DNA from: Epiperipatus broadwayi | Lineage: Eukaryota; Animalia; Onychophora | Assembly: GCA_028023455.1 (NCBI GenBank) | Contig: JAQFVV010000003.1 | Coordinates: forward strand, 29,016,001-29,080,000 | Reading direction: 5' to 3' | Length of the DNA: 64,000 nt | In this document: piece after piece, positions 1 through 12,054 of the stretch | Position numbering within the stretch: the stretch's first letter is position 1 | How the letters are laid out: the number at the start of each line of letters is the position of its first letter | The notes under the pieces: generated by a model | Databases searched by the model: none | Seen by the model: the letters and a program-made list of their open reading frames with translations, nothing else | What the model was told of the DNA's origin: nothing | Position numbers and translations under genes: made by a program

Positions 1-1200
1 ACTCTCCAATCTATTGATAGAGAAATTCAAGTGTCATTGACTGGATATCAGGGTTTAAACCTCATCACTCTATCCCTCAGGGTGCCCCTCTTAGTGCCTT
101 ACTGGTTTATAGTGTACATAAATCCTCTCCTTAAAATGATTGAAGAAAAGACACCTAGTATTTTTGTACCACAATTTAAAAGTAACATTTCACGTATTGC
201 TTATATGGATGACATTGTCATTTTTTTTATCATCACAAAAACATGTTCCCAAATTATTAAAAATTTTAAAACATTATTCACAGGGATACAAACTAGAATT
301 CAATTTAGAGAAGACATTTAGTTGGCAGATATATACAGGCAAACTAATACAATTTAATTTTAAAGAAAACCCTAAAATCATTCTTCGGGATTCCCTTCCA
401 TCTTAGTAATACTAGAATGAGAACAAAACACAATTCTCTTAAGAAGAAAAAATAGAAAAAATTATTTGCTCACTTTCAAAGTCATACCTTTCAGTTTATT
501 CTAAAGTCACATTGTTTATTATGCTCATTATGACAAGAATTACTTATTTTAGCTTTATAATCATTTATACTAAAGCCTTCACTTCGCATGTTTACTCCAT
601 GCTTTAAAAAACTTGTGGGGCAGACGCATTGCCTCCATCTCCATTAAAAAATTACAAAATCCATTAATTCATAATGGGGTAGGAGTACACTCATTAAATA
701 TATTTAAAATACAGAAAACATCTGATTACTTCCCTGTCAAATCTATTTAATCACTTTGCTACATCATGAAAAATTACACCAATGTATAGATCTTCCCCTA
801 GTATTGATTATTGGGCTGATCTAATAAAATCGCTATTGAGCATAGATAAACTAACCTTCTGTTCCCCTTACAAATAAGTATAAATATTGGCAACATATCT
901 ATTAATAACCCAACCAACACTAAATAGCCAAAGCAAGCCCATTTTGGGCCCAAACAATTGGCAACTTGTTAGATGTAGATTCTGGAAGCTTGAGCCAAAA
1001 TATTTTCATTTTCTAATAAAGCTTAACTTCGGATCATTACCAACACTTTATTTTTATAAATATAGAAATTGTATTAACATAGATGTTTTGCCCCCCTCCC
1101 ATAAAAAAGATTTTGAAAATCAAGAGCATATATTCTATGATAGTATATTATACCGGTCGGTTTTGATAACACCACATTTTACATCTCTTTGAACTCCTTT
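1..1200 (+). mobile_element. Decayed non-LTR retrotransposon (L1/Tx1-like) RT and C-terminal region, cut by the window edge
   Basis: Frameshifted RT motifs 'PQGAPLSALL/FIVYINPLL' and 'IAYMDDIVIF' (ORF 31-321). ORF 887-1192 ends in a degenerate C-terminal 'FENQEHIFYD' segment. Many stops. Confidence 0.65.
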
Positions 1201-3772
1201 ATCATCTCTATTCAGTACATAGTATTATTGTTACGCACAAACTCCTTTTGTACGGCCCGCTAGCTCACGGAGATTTACATGAGAAACCCGGATAAATTAC
1301 TTAAAACTACTGTCGTCACAGATCTTTACTTTACTAATGGAATTTATATATAGATGAATAAGCAAACTCATAAATAAATTGTCTCGCTAGGATAAGAATT
1401 TAATAAGTATGTGTGTTTAAGCCATCAAATCAGCAATACAATATCTGGGGTTAATAATAATAAAGCAATATAGACTACAGGTTTGTTTTACAATACTGTT
1501 AAATATAATTAAATAATTGGTTAATATAATAAAGCTACTTTCTTTACTAGTTTTTAATATTTGGAAAACATTATTCAACATTAATTAAATGCTTCGTTCA
1601 ATATAGGCGGGGAAGATCTATGTGCCAATGAAGTAGTGATCTGTAAACTCATTGCTATTAGATGCACTAATTTATTATTAATAAAATTAATATTTTATAA
1701 ACACCAAATAATATCTTTCACAAATGAATATTTGATTTATACGACTACAATATGGTCTTTTAATTATATAATGCTTTAACGTGAAATGACTAACAAATAA
1801 ATCAATGATTAAAACATGGGTTTTCTATTACGTGTTTTGTATAAAATATTGCATACGTTTAGGAATTCGCTGTTAAAAAAGGAATCGCTTTAAATCAAGC
1901 GGGTTATCAACATTAAAAGGGATAACTAAACACTACATCACTTTGATTTTGACATACTTCACTTTGCCATGATTTAAGAGGCAACTTTAAAGAAAATATA
2001 TAGATCTTGAGAACGAAAGCAATACTGACATAGCAGGAATAAAAACATTGATAAGATTGATGCAAATTTCGCCATTATATTTTAAGAACAAAATGGTCAC
2101 TCTGCGTTTTCGCAGATCGCAACCTGGAGAGAGAGCTTCCTCGGACATAAGGAGAAATGAGGTCGGGTCTTTTTTCACCCTTGGGCCTTACTGTCTGACT
2201 ATGAGAATCCTGAAGAATGAAAATCCGCATTAATAGCTTAGATTTCCTAAAATACATTTATTAAAATAATAGCGAGTTCATTGAACTTAGAATAATTTGC
2301 TTATGCCAGCAATGCCTATATTAATGGAATAGACGCTTTATTCACATCCATTACTTAAATTAAATACTAGAGTAATTGTCAAAGCATAGCGACTTGAACT
2401 CCTCCAAAATCAAATTGGAATAAAACAATCATGACTATAATGTCGTACTATATAACAATAAAAGTAATTACTCCCTTTTATTTAGAGATTTCCCAAATGC
2501 AAATTTTATTTAAAACCCTCTTTAATATCTTGTCAAAGCATATTAAAATCTATTGTGATAAATATTCATTTCCTTCTCACAAACTCGAATTAGTGTTCTA
2601 ATAACAAAATAACAACACACAATATTCATTTTATTGACAGATCACAATTATGAAGTATATGTATTATGGGATTACATTTAATAAAGTAATTCCAATTCTG
2701 TGAATAAAAATGAATTAAACAAATATTCGCTCATCACGGGCCGATTAGAATTATTTAAGGAAGGTTTCAATTCACCGAATTAGATTTATTGGCGCATAAT
2801 TACTTAAATATTTAAATCATAAATAATAGGAAACTGCCATAAGAACAGAAATATAAAATAAAAAGGCAGTTTAAAGAGAAACTAGTAAAGTTGAATTAAT
2901 ATTATAGAGAGCAATGACAAAAGCAAAATTACAACAGCTATATCAGTTTTACGTATCTTACAAAGCGTGTTTATCTAGGATTACGAAAGCCATTTAAGAC
3001 CAGAAAAGTGAATTATATATTTTAGAAAAATTCTTCTGGTGGTAATATTACCTTCCAGCAAGTCCTTTCATGTTTAGGCTTCATAACTGCTTGCAAGTTC
3101 CTTTTGGAGAGTGAAATAAGGCTCCTTTCCATCAATGAAATAGCTAGCTATTTTTTTTATTATTCAGCAAAGTTCATTCACCAACAGTTCTATTTATGAT
3201 TTCAGGAGGCATTAGATAGTTTCATGGTGGCATACTGATGTTACTGGGGAAGGCTTGGGAAATAACAACTATGTACCCTGACCTTAGCCTACATTTTTGC
3301 GTACATTAAATCGTAAAATATACCAACATAGATTCAAACTGCAACTCGTTCACTATTGTAATCTGACCTCTTCACTCTCTTTTGGGGGGGGGGGTATTTA
3401 TACTATTTTAACCATTGCTCCAGAATATTCTATCTTTCAGTAGCTTCAGGCATTGTTCTGTCCATTCATTTAAAATAATTTGCTCTATTGTGATTCTAAG
3501 ATACACTCCTCTGATAAATCTTTTAAGTCTTTTGTTACAATCCATTTTTAGTTCGCAAATGGATTACTAAGATAAAATAAAATTAATTTAAGATAAGTCC
3601 CTTCCTTTCCATTTATAAATAAAAGTAAATGCATTACCCTTTGTTGAGTGGCCTACGTGACTTTCCAGATTTATCCAAAAGAATGTGACTTTTAATCACT
3701 AAAATTTAATAGAAAATATAAAAGTAATTTTTTAGGCAAATCTATTTAACGGACTTTACTATTAATATTTAA

Positions 3773-4278
3773 GAGAGTTCTTCTTCTAATTCTTGCAATC
3801 TTCCTTCACTTGAAAGTGATCTGCAGTTGTAAGTACCTAAATAAAAAGTCATCATCAAATGGCAGCCTGGGTCCGCCTCCAGGATATTCTTAGCACCCTC
3901 CGCCTTCGGCCACCAACCGCTGCCTTGGTTGGTGACTTTACAGCCTCCTGGGATTAAGGGCCATGCTTTATTTTTGTCTATCATAATTGTATAATTGGGA
4001 AAAATCTTTATCATTTACACAAACATTCATTCTGCCTTAACAGGCACTGAGAAGAAAGACCATGGTGTTTCTTGATCTTAAACTCAGAGGTAAAAAGCCA
4101 ATAAACTCACCACGCTGGCTAATGCGTGTTGGTGAGCAGCCCATCCATGTTCGTATACTATATGAATAAACATATAGTAATAACAGCTGCAACGACAAGA
4201 ACGTATGGAGTGGACATTAGGAATTTGCCCTGCTCGGTTCCTTTAAGGCCTCCAAGAGGAATCAAAGGGTCTCCTTTC
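3773..4278 (-). mobile_element. Inverted 5' part of the RTE LINE (5' UTR plus APE N-terminus)
   Basis: Minus-strand ORF ends 'YLGTYNCRSLSSEGRLQELEEELS', the start of the APE domain. The continuation 'VRRKGEETIDLKSGHMLYYKG' is on the + strand from ~4280. Confidence 0.9.
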
Positions 4279-5866
4279 AGTTAGAAGAAAAGGTGAAGAG
4301 ACAATTGATTTAAAAAGTGGACATATGCTCTATTATAAAGGCACAAATATTGGAAATACAAGTGGAGTAGGATTCATTATAAATAAAAAGTGGAAGAACA
4401 ATATTGTGGAGATTGATGGTGTATCAGACAGAGTGGCAAGATTAGTTATACAACTTAATAGCAGATATCAAATGCAGATAATTCAGGTTTATGCCCCAAC
4501 AAGTTCTCACAGTGATGAAGTAGTAGAAGATTTTTATATGGATGTACAAAAGGCTTTTGATCAGAGTAAACAACATTTTAAAATTGTTATGGGAGATTTT
4601 AATGCTAGAATTGGTAAACAAATGAAAGATGAAAGTGTTGTAGGTAATTTTGGTTATGGTAATAGAAATGAGAGAGGACATAGACTTGTGGAGTTTGCAG
4701 AGAAGGAAAAACTTTATATTATGAATTCTTTTTTTGAGAAAAAATGTTAGAAGGAAATGGACATGGAAGCATCCAAATGAAGGTACAGCAGAATTGGATT
4801 ATATTTTGACTAACAGGAAATACATATTTCAAGATTGTAATATTCTTAATAAATTTAACACAGGAAGTGATCATCGATTAGTAAGGGGTAAGATACATGT
4901 TAATGTAAAACTAGAGAGACAAAAATTATTAAGAAAAACTATATTTACAGTTGATATTCCTAATCTTCAGAAACATTCTAATGAATTTAAATTAGAACTT
5001 ACAAATCGGTTTCAAGTATTAGTAGATTTTGAACATGATTCAGATTTGAATGAAATTAATATGAAAATAACTGATACACTTTTAAAAACTGCAACAAAGA
5101 TAGCTGGTAGAAAAAAGCAGCAATTGACTAATAAAATTTCTACTGAGACTAGAGAACTTATGAAGAAATCGAAGGAATAAAAGAAGGAATATGAAGATAT
5201 GCAAGAATGATGCATTAAAAAGAATTGAATATCTCGAATTTTGTAAAATGGTGCGGAAAAGAGTTGAAAATGATATAAGAAAGTATAACTGTGAACTAGC
5301 AAGAAAAGCTGTAGAAGAAAATAAAAGTCTTAAGAATGTAAAACAACATTTTGGTATTGGTAGGAAATTTATATCTGCAATAAGAAAAAGATCGGAAGAG
5401 CACACGTAAAAGAGGGATGACATTATGAAATTGGTAGAAGATTTTTATCAAGAATTATATAGTAATAAAGAACAAGTACCTCCTATATCTATTACATCTT
5501 CCGAATTGCCCAGAATTTTAAATGAAGAAGTGAGAAATGCAATTAAATGTATGAAAAAAGGAAAGGCTCCAGGTAATGATGGAATTATAATTGATATATT
5601 AAAAGAAGCAGGTGAAGAAACAGAAAAAATATTAGCAAAGTTATATACCAAATGTCTAAATGATAAAGATGTACCGGATGATTGGACGAATGCAGTAATA
5701 ATATTAATATTTAAAAAAGGTGATAAAGAAGATATTAGAAATTACAGACCTATCAGCCTTTTATCAGTTTTATATAAAATTTTTACCAAGATAATTACAA
5801 CTCGTCTACAGAGAACCTTGGATTTTCACCAACTAAGAGAACAAGCTGGATTTAAAAGTGGTTTTA

Positions 5867-6366
5867 NNNNNNNNNNNNNNNNNNNNNNNNNNNNNNNNNN
5901 NNNNNNNNNNNNNNNNNNNNNNNNNNNNNNNNNNNNNNNNNNNNNNNNNNNNNNNNNNNNNNNNNNNNNNNNNNNNNNNNNNNNNNNNNNNNNNNNNNNN
6001 NNNNNNNNNNNNNNNNNNNNNNNNNNNNNNNNNNNNNNNNNNNNNNNNNNNNNNNNNNNNNNNNNNNNNNNNNNNNNNNNNNNNNNNNNNNNNNNNNNNN
6101 NNNNNNNNNNNNNNNNNNNNNNNNNNNNNNNNNNNNNNNNNNNNNNNNNNNNNNNNNNNNNNNNNNNNNNNNNNNNNNNNNNNNNNNNNNNNNNNNNNNN
6201 NNNNNNNNNNNNNNNNNNNNNNNNNNNNNNNNNNNNNNNNNNNNNNNNNNNNNNNNNNNNNNNNNNNNNNNNNNNNNNNNNNNNNNNNNNNNNNNNNNNN
6301 NNNNNNNNNNNNNNNNNNNNNNNNNNNNNNNNNNNNNNNNNNNNNNNNNNNNNNNNNNNNNNNNNN
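5867..6366. other. 500-N assembly gap flanked by a 242-bp overlap (probable false duplication)
   Basis: 5625-5866 recurs at 6367-6608 with one visible substitution (TGGACG vs TGGAAG). Collapsing the overlap restores a continuous RT frame. Confidence 0.85.
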
Positions 6367-8533
6367 AAAAATATTAGCAAAGTTATATACCAAATGTCTA
6401 AATGATAAAGATGTACCGGATGATTGGAAGAATGCAGTAATAATATTAATATTTAAAAAAGGTGATAAAGAAGATATTAGAAATTACAGACCTATCAGCC
6501 TTTTATCAGTTTTATATAAAATTTTTACCAAGATAATTACAACTCGTCTACAGAGAACCTTGGATTTTCACCAACTAAGAGAACAAGCTGGATTTAAAAG
6601 TGGTTTTAGTACAATAGATCATATTCAAGTATTGAGAGAAGTTATAGAAAGGACAAATGAATATGAGTTGTCATTATGTTTTGGATTTGTAGATTATGAA
6701 AAGGCATTTGATTCTATAAACATTTCTTCAGTGATTAAAGCATTGGATCATCAAGGTATAGATCCAGGATATTGTCATATTTTAAAGAATATTTATAAAA
6801 ATGCAACAGCAACAATTAGATTACATAATGATACTGGGAAAGTCAACATTGAGAAAGGTGTAAGACAAGGTGACTCCATATCTCCAAAACTTTTTACAGC
6901 AGTGCTGCAAGAAGTATTTTGTGGATTAAAATGGGAAACTAAAGGAGTGAAAGTAAATGATTATTTAAGTCATTTAGATTTCGCAGATGATGTAGTTGTT
7001 TTGGCAAATAATGCTTCCGAGCTGCAGGAAATGTTGCAGGAGTTATCAGATGAAAGTAGGAAAGTAGGACTAAAGATAAATGTTAAAAAGACTAAAGTAA
7101 TGTTTAATCGATTTGCTCCAAATATGAAAATAAAGATTGATTATGATGAATTAGAAGAAGTTAAGAGTTACAAATACCTTGGTCAGATTATTAATACAGA
7201 TGGAAACATAATAGAGGAAATTAATCATAGAATTAAACTTGGTTGGAGTGCTTTTGGTAGAAATAACTTGATATTAAAAGGAAATATGCCTATGTGTTTG
7301 AAAAGAAAGGTTTTTAACAAATGTGTTTTACCAGTTCTTACTTATGGATCTGAGACTTGGACACTTAATAGAAGATCAATACAGAGACTTCAGACCACTC
7401 AAAGAAGTATGGAGAGATGTATGTTGGGAGTAACAAGAAGAGATCGAAAACGCAATGTATGGGTAAGAGAACAAACAGGTGTTACTGACCTCATTGAAAA
7501 AATTAAAAGATTGAAGTGGAGTTGGGCTGGACATATTGCTAGAAGAGATGATAATAGATGGACAATTGAAATTTTAAACTGGATTCCAAGAGATTGTAAA
7601 AGACCCAGAAGGAGACCACATGTAAGATGGATGGATGAAATAAGAAAATGTGTAGAGGTGATGTGGAGAAGAGAAGCTAAAGATCGGAGAAGATGGATTA
7701 AACTTGGAGAGACCTTTATCCTGCAGTGGATTGATAATGGTTGATAATGATGATGATGATGATGACTATTAATATTTAAAACATGCACATATATGTAATA
7801 TTCACACACAAAAATATGTAATAAATAAATCTTATTTTATTAGAATTAACATTATTTAAACCTTATTATAGAAATTAAAGTAAAATTAAAATGTTCATTA
7901 TTAAATGAAAATAACAAGGCTAAAGAAAGAAAAATAGGCTTGGTGTGTGTATGAATATAAACTATCCGTTAAACAAATTTACTATTAAAAAGGTAGAAAT
8001 CAGGTTTGATCTCAGGTTAGTGCTAAATAAGTCATGAAACTTGGATCGAGTTTGGATCCAATCGTTTCAATATGTTATGTTAATATACGCATTGCTCTTC
8101 CCAACCTATTTAACAATTCTTTATTTAATATTGCATACCTTTTTAAAACCTATACAATAGGAATTTTTGCTAGGATTAGAGCTAGTACATTCATCTTGTA
8201 TGCATTTTGGTGTACTAGATGCATTTTTATATATAATAATAATCCTAGAAGACATCCTAATACATTTTGGATTAAACTGGGGAGTATTAGGGAAAGAGAC
8301 AGAAAGCTTGCCCTCTATAACATTTTTCATGATACCTAGTCCTTAATGCGTCAACAACTATGACAGTGCTAAGGTAATATAACTTAATTGCAACAAAAGT
8401 CTTATCATTTATATATGTATATAATCTTAAATGCCTTTGAAAAAAAAAAGTAAAAAGTAGATGCTAAAGAATTATATAACATTGTGTAACTTGTATTAAT
8501 TTATGTAACCCTTTTTTTTCTTTTAATACATAT

Positions 8534-8879
8534 TGCTATGTCTGAGGGTTACTCTATGAGAGAGAACCAGTCAGCAAGCATAAAAATAATCCAGGGTTTT
8601 CACAGATAGCAAATTATCACTATTACCATTCGAGGATGGTTTCTTCTTGGAGACTAGATATCCTTCCAAGGCGTTGACTACTTTAACACACGTGAACCTG
8701 GACATAAGAGAGTGTAGATCGTTCTACCATGCTATTTATATCCATGCTTATCGATCTATCATGTCTGGTCTGGATAAACGATAGCAGCGCTCTCTTTATA
8801 TTTATTTAACAGAGTAATCCATAAGCAGGTATGTAGTTTTTACGTATTTATACTTAAGTCTGTAGGTGGGTATATCGCA
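8534..8879 (-). repeat. 3' LTR of the Gypsy element
   Basis: Identical to 12834-13179; immediately preceded by the PPT on the minus strand. Confidence 0.97.
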
Positions 8880-8890
8880 CTCCTCCCCCT
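8880..8890 (-). promoter_or_regulatory. Polypurine tract
   Basis: AGGGGGAGGAG directly abutting the 3' LTR on the minus strand. Confidence 0.9.
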
Positions 8891-8910
8891 ACTCTGGAAA
8901 TAAATGGAGC

Positions 8911-11900
8911 TTAACTACAAACGTAGTCTTTAAACTTAACAGGTAAACGACGTGCTCTTTGTGTTTTTAATCCTTCTTGCACTGGGTCACACGGTACATC
9001 CTCCAACTCTTCATCTTTTGAAGTATCCTTATTCAATACCATTTCCAGATCGGTTTCATCTCCACGTTCCGTTTCTATCTTTGTATCCAACGGCATTTCA
9101 CTCTCGTCCTCTGATGCAGGGTCCTCTCGACGGTGGCGAAGATGGTTTATGTGTTTTCTAAATGATTTTTTATTTTGTAACTCCACCAGACGAATTTGTT
9201 TTGACAGTAGCTGTTTTACAGTTCCCGGGATCCATTTACTCTTCAACACGTCATAAATCCAAACGTCTTCACCGGGTAGAAACTTATCCGTTGAGAAAAC
9301 TCTACTCTTGTGGTTTCCAGGCAAAAGTTGTGATAGATGTGTCCGGCACTTCCGACCCATTAATAACTCTGCTGGGGTTTTTCCTGTTGAAGTACTCGGT
9401 GTGAAATGCTGTGTATACATTGCTTGCACTAACGCATCCGACATGTTCTTTAATTGTAATTTTTTTATGGTGTACTTTAGGTGTTGCACTCCTTGCTCAG
9501 CTATACCATTGCTCTGAGGGTGGTATGGTGGTGTGAGAGTATGTTCTATTCCTCTGTCCCTCAGAAAATCTTTAAATTTTGTTGATGTAAATCCTGCACC
9601 GTTATCTGTCACAACATTTTCCGGATAACCGTGGGTAGCAAACACTTCATTTAACACCCGGATGGTGCACTCAGCACTGGTATCTTTAACCACTCTGTAT
9701 TCAGTCCAACGTGAATACGCGTCAACTAATAACAATATAATATATCCGTTCAATGGTCCAACATGGTCCAGATGAATTCGCGACCATGGGGCAGAAGGTG
9801 CTTGCCAAGTTTCAAATTTCTTCGGAGGCAGTTTAGATATCTGTTGGCAGTTTACACATTCTTTCAGCGTGTTCTCAATATCCTTTGTCAAGTTTGGCCA
9901 CCATACATATGATCTAGCCAGAGCTTTCATACGCACTATTCCAGGGTGTCCTTTATGCAATAAGCTTAAAATTTTTTTTCTGCCATTAGTAGGCACTAAA
10001 ACACGATCATTATTTAATATACATCCGTTGCACACAGACAGTCCTTCTCTGGCAATCCAGATGCTATGACTTAATTCACTGGGGCATCTAGATGGCCAAC
10101 CTTTTCTTATCCAATTTATCAATTTCATGTATCCTTTATCATTCCTAGTCCAGTGTGCTATGACGTTGCTATTTATCCCTTCTGGATTTAGAGCGTCAAT
10201 GTAGTTTATTTCCTTTATTTCATAAGTAATTTCCTTTACATCTGGCAATCTGGACAAAGCATCCGCATGACTGATCTTTTTTCCGGGTTTGTAAATTAAC
10301 GTGAAATCATAATGCGACAATATATCTATCCATCGTAACATACGTGGGCTTGACGATTCGTAAACATTTTTTACACAGCCGAAAATTCCCGTTAGAGGGC
10401 GATGATCGGTATAGATCGTGAATTTCCGTCCGTATGCATATTGGTGGAACTTCTTTACCGCGAAAATCACTGCTAAAGCTTCCTTATCCACTTGACTGTA
10501 ATTTTTCTCAGCTGGTGTTAGTACTCTCGAAGCAAACGCAATAGGACGTTCACCTTCATAACATGGATGAGAGAGGACAGCTCCGACGCCGTATTCCGAT
10601 GCGTCTGCAGTAATACATAATTCCCAGTCATTCCGATAATGCACTAACAAACTTTCCGATGTCAGCAAGTCTTTTGCAGTTTCAAAAGCTTTATTTTGTT
10701 CTGTGCTCCATATCCAACGTTGTTTTTTCTTTAACAACATGTATAGCGGTGATAGCACATGTGATTTCCCAGCTAAAAAACTTTCGTAGAAATTTAGCAG
10801 TCCTAAAAATGCTTGAAGTTCCTTCACGCTTTGGGGTTTTCTGGCATTTTTTATGGCTTTTACCTTTTCTGGGTCTGGGCGGCGTCCTTTTTCAGTTACG
10901 ATGTGTCCGAGAAATTTAATTTCCTTCGCAGACCATATACACTTTTCTACGTTTAATTTCGCTTTAGCTTGGTCTAACTTCGAACAAACCTGATCCACAC
11001 GCTTTTCAAGCTCGTTTTCTGTCTCGCCAACGACGAGAATATCGTCCAAGTACGGGATTACCCCGTCCATTGCTCTAAAAAGCATATCCATTTTTGCTTG
11101 AAACACGTTTGGTGCGATCGTTATTCCGTACGGTAATTTATTGCACTTATATAAGCCTTTGTGCGTGGTTAACGTGAGTAGCTCTGCCGTCTCCTTAGTT
11201 ACAGGAATCTGATGAAATGCTGTTTTCAGATCTATTTTTGCAAAATATTTTGCCTTCTGTAATACTGCCAATACTTCTCGCACATTTGGAACGGGATAAG
11301 CTCCCTTATTTATATATTTATTTATTGTGAGACGATAATCTCCACATAACCGTAAACTACCCTCTGGTTTCACAATCGTCACTATCGGGGTCGCCCACGA
11401 CGACTCTTCCGTAGGTGTGAGAACTCCTTTAGCTACAAGATCATTTAATTCTTTCTCTACTTTTTCTCTTATCGCAAACGGCACTTTTCGAGGTTTACAT
11501 ATAATTCCTTTTGCGTCTTTCACTAGTTCAATATCCACTGGTCTAGTTCTAAATTCCGACACTCCAGGCCTACACAATTCCGGGTATCGTTCTTTTATGG
11601 TAGTTTCTATACGGACCTTTTTTAATATTTCCACACGTATTCCCAAAGCCGCGAACCAATTTCTGCCGAGTAACGGGCTAATATTATTTTTTACTATATA
11701 TAATTCTAGGAACTTATGTCTTTTATTCAACGTCACTGGCACAGTAGCTTTCCCTTGAATATTTATTCTATTTCCGTTTATATCCGTGACAAACACATCT
11801 GCTTTCCGTAGCTTTAAGTTATTTTCCCAGTCTTTTTTTATTTCCATCCAGTCTTTATGTGATATAATTGACAAGCCGGCACCGCTGTCCACTTCCATTG

Positions 11901-12054
11901 TCATCCGTTTATTGCAAATTTGCAATTCTACCCGAATGTTATCCAATTTGGTGTCGTCATTTCTAATGGCCTTGATAGATACTTCACGTTCCACCTCACT
12001 CCGGGGCTTGTAATCTGATTTTTTCTCGGATATTCGCCGTCTCTGGAATGACAC
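8911..12054 (-). CDS. pol: Pol polyprotein (protease, reverse transcriptase, RNase H, integrase), -1 frame relative to gag
   Basis: Uninterrupted 1047-codon ORF: VDSGA (PR), LPYG...YLDD (RT), DASEYGVGAVL (RH), HPG...C..C and TDNG / PPYHPQSNGIAE (IN). Confidence 0.95.
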   Translation of the reverse strand: MSFQRRRISEKKSDYKPRSEVEREVSIKAIRNDDTKLDNIRVELQICNKRMTMEVDSGAGLSIISHKDWMEIKKDWENNLKLRKADVFVTDINGNRINIQGKATVPVTLNKRHKFLELYIVKNNISPLLGRNWFAALGIRVEILKKVRIETTIKERYPELCRPGVSEFRTRPVDIELVKDAKGIICKPRKVPFAIREKVEKELNDLVAKGVLTPTEESSWATPIVTIVKPEGSLRLCGDYRLTINKYINKGAYPVPNVREVLAVLQKAKYFAKIDLKTAFHQIPVTKETAELLTLTTHKGLYKCNKLPYGITIAPNVFQAKMDMLFRAMDGVIPYLDDILVVGETENELEKRVDQVCSKLDQAKAKLNVEKCIWSAKEIKFLGHIVTEKGRRPDPEKVKAIKNARKPQSVKELQAFLGLLNFYESFLAGKSHVLSPLYMLLKKKQRWIWSTEQNKAFETAKDLLTSESLLVHYRNDWELCITADASEYGVGAVLSHPCYEGERPIAFASRVLTPAEKNYSQVDKEALAVIFAVKKFHQYAYGRKFTIYTDHRPLTGIFGCVKNVYESSSPRMLRWIDILSHYDFTLIYKPGKKISHADALSRLPDVKEITYEIKEINYIDALNPEGINSNVIAHWTRNDKGYMKLINWIRKGWPSRCPSELSHSIWIAREGLSVCNGCILNNDRVLVPTNGRKKILSLLHKGHPGIVRMKALARSYVWWPNLTKDIENTLKECVNCQQISKLPPKKFETWQAPSAPWSRIHLDHVGPLNGYIILLLVDAYSRWTEYRVVKDTSAECTIRVLNEVFATHGYPENVVTDNGAGFTSTKFKDFLRDRGIEHTLTPPYHPQSNGIAEQGVQHLKYTIKKLQLKNMSDALVQAMYTQHFTPSTSTGKTPAELLMGRKCRTHLSQLLPGNHKSRVFSTDKFLPGEDVWIYDVLKSKWIPGTVKQLLSKQIRLVELQNKKSFRKHINHLRHRREDPASEDESEMPLDTKIETERGDETDLEMVLNKDTSKDEELEDVPCDPVQEGLKTQRARRLPVKFKDYVCS

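Larger units (their letters stand above)
3773..7764 (+). mobile_element. Near full-length RTE-clade LINE with inverted 5' segment, 15-bp TSD and (GAT)n tail; coding region disrupted
   Basis: APE endonuclease motifs (GVGFII, QVYAPT, GDFNA, LDYIL, SDHR). RT motifs (YRPISLL, DYEKAFD, GVRQGD, FADD). RTE-type C-terminus (WSWAGHIAR). The 3' end is CTGCAGTGGATTGATAATGGT followed by TGA/GAT repeats. TSD ACTATTAATATTTAA at 3758-3772 and 7765-7779. Stops/frameshifts near 4750 and 5180-5420. Confidence 0.95.

Noticed and set aside
1987-2257. CpG-richer patch with short ORFs on both strands, including a signal-peptide-like minus-strand frame
   Set aside because: No recognisable homology and no convincing splice partner; it does not encode the twinfilin N-terminus.
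4020-4280. HDV-like ribozyme in the RTE 5' UTR (minus strand)
   Set aside because: Such ribozymes are known in some RTE elements and this UTR has several hairpins, but I could not assign P1, P2, P3/L3 and P1.1 consistently. A descriptor search would settle it.
5826-6405. Long ORFs spanning poly-X in the ORF track
   Set aside because: Artefacts of the N gap.
8657-8666. ATATCCTT U12-donor-like motif in both LTRs (also near 27726)
   Set aside because: No adjacent exon. An 8-mer of this composition is expected a few times by chance in 64 kb of AT-rich DNA.
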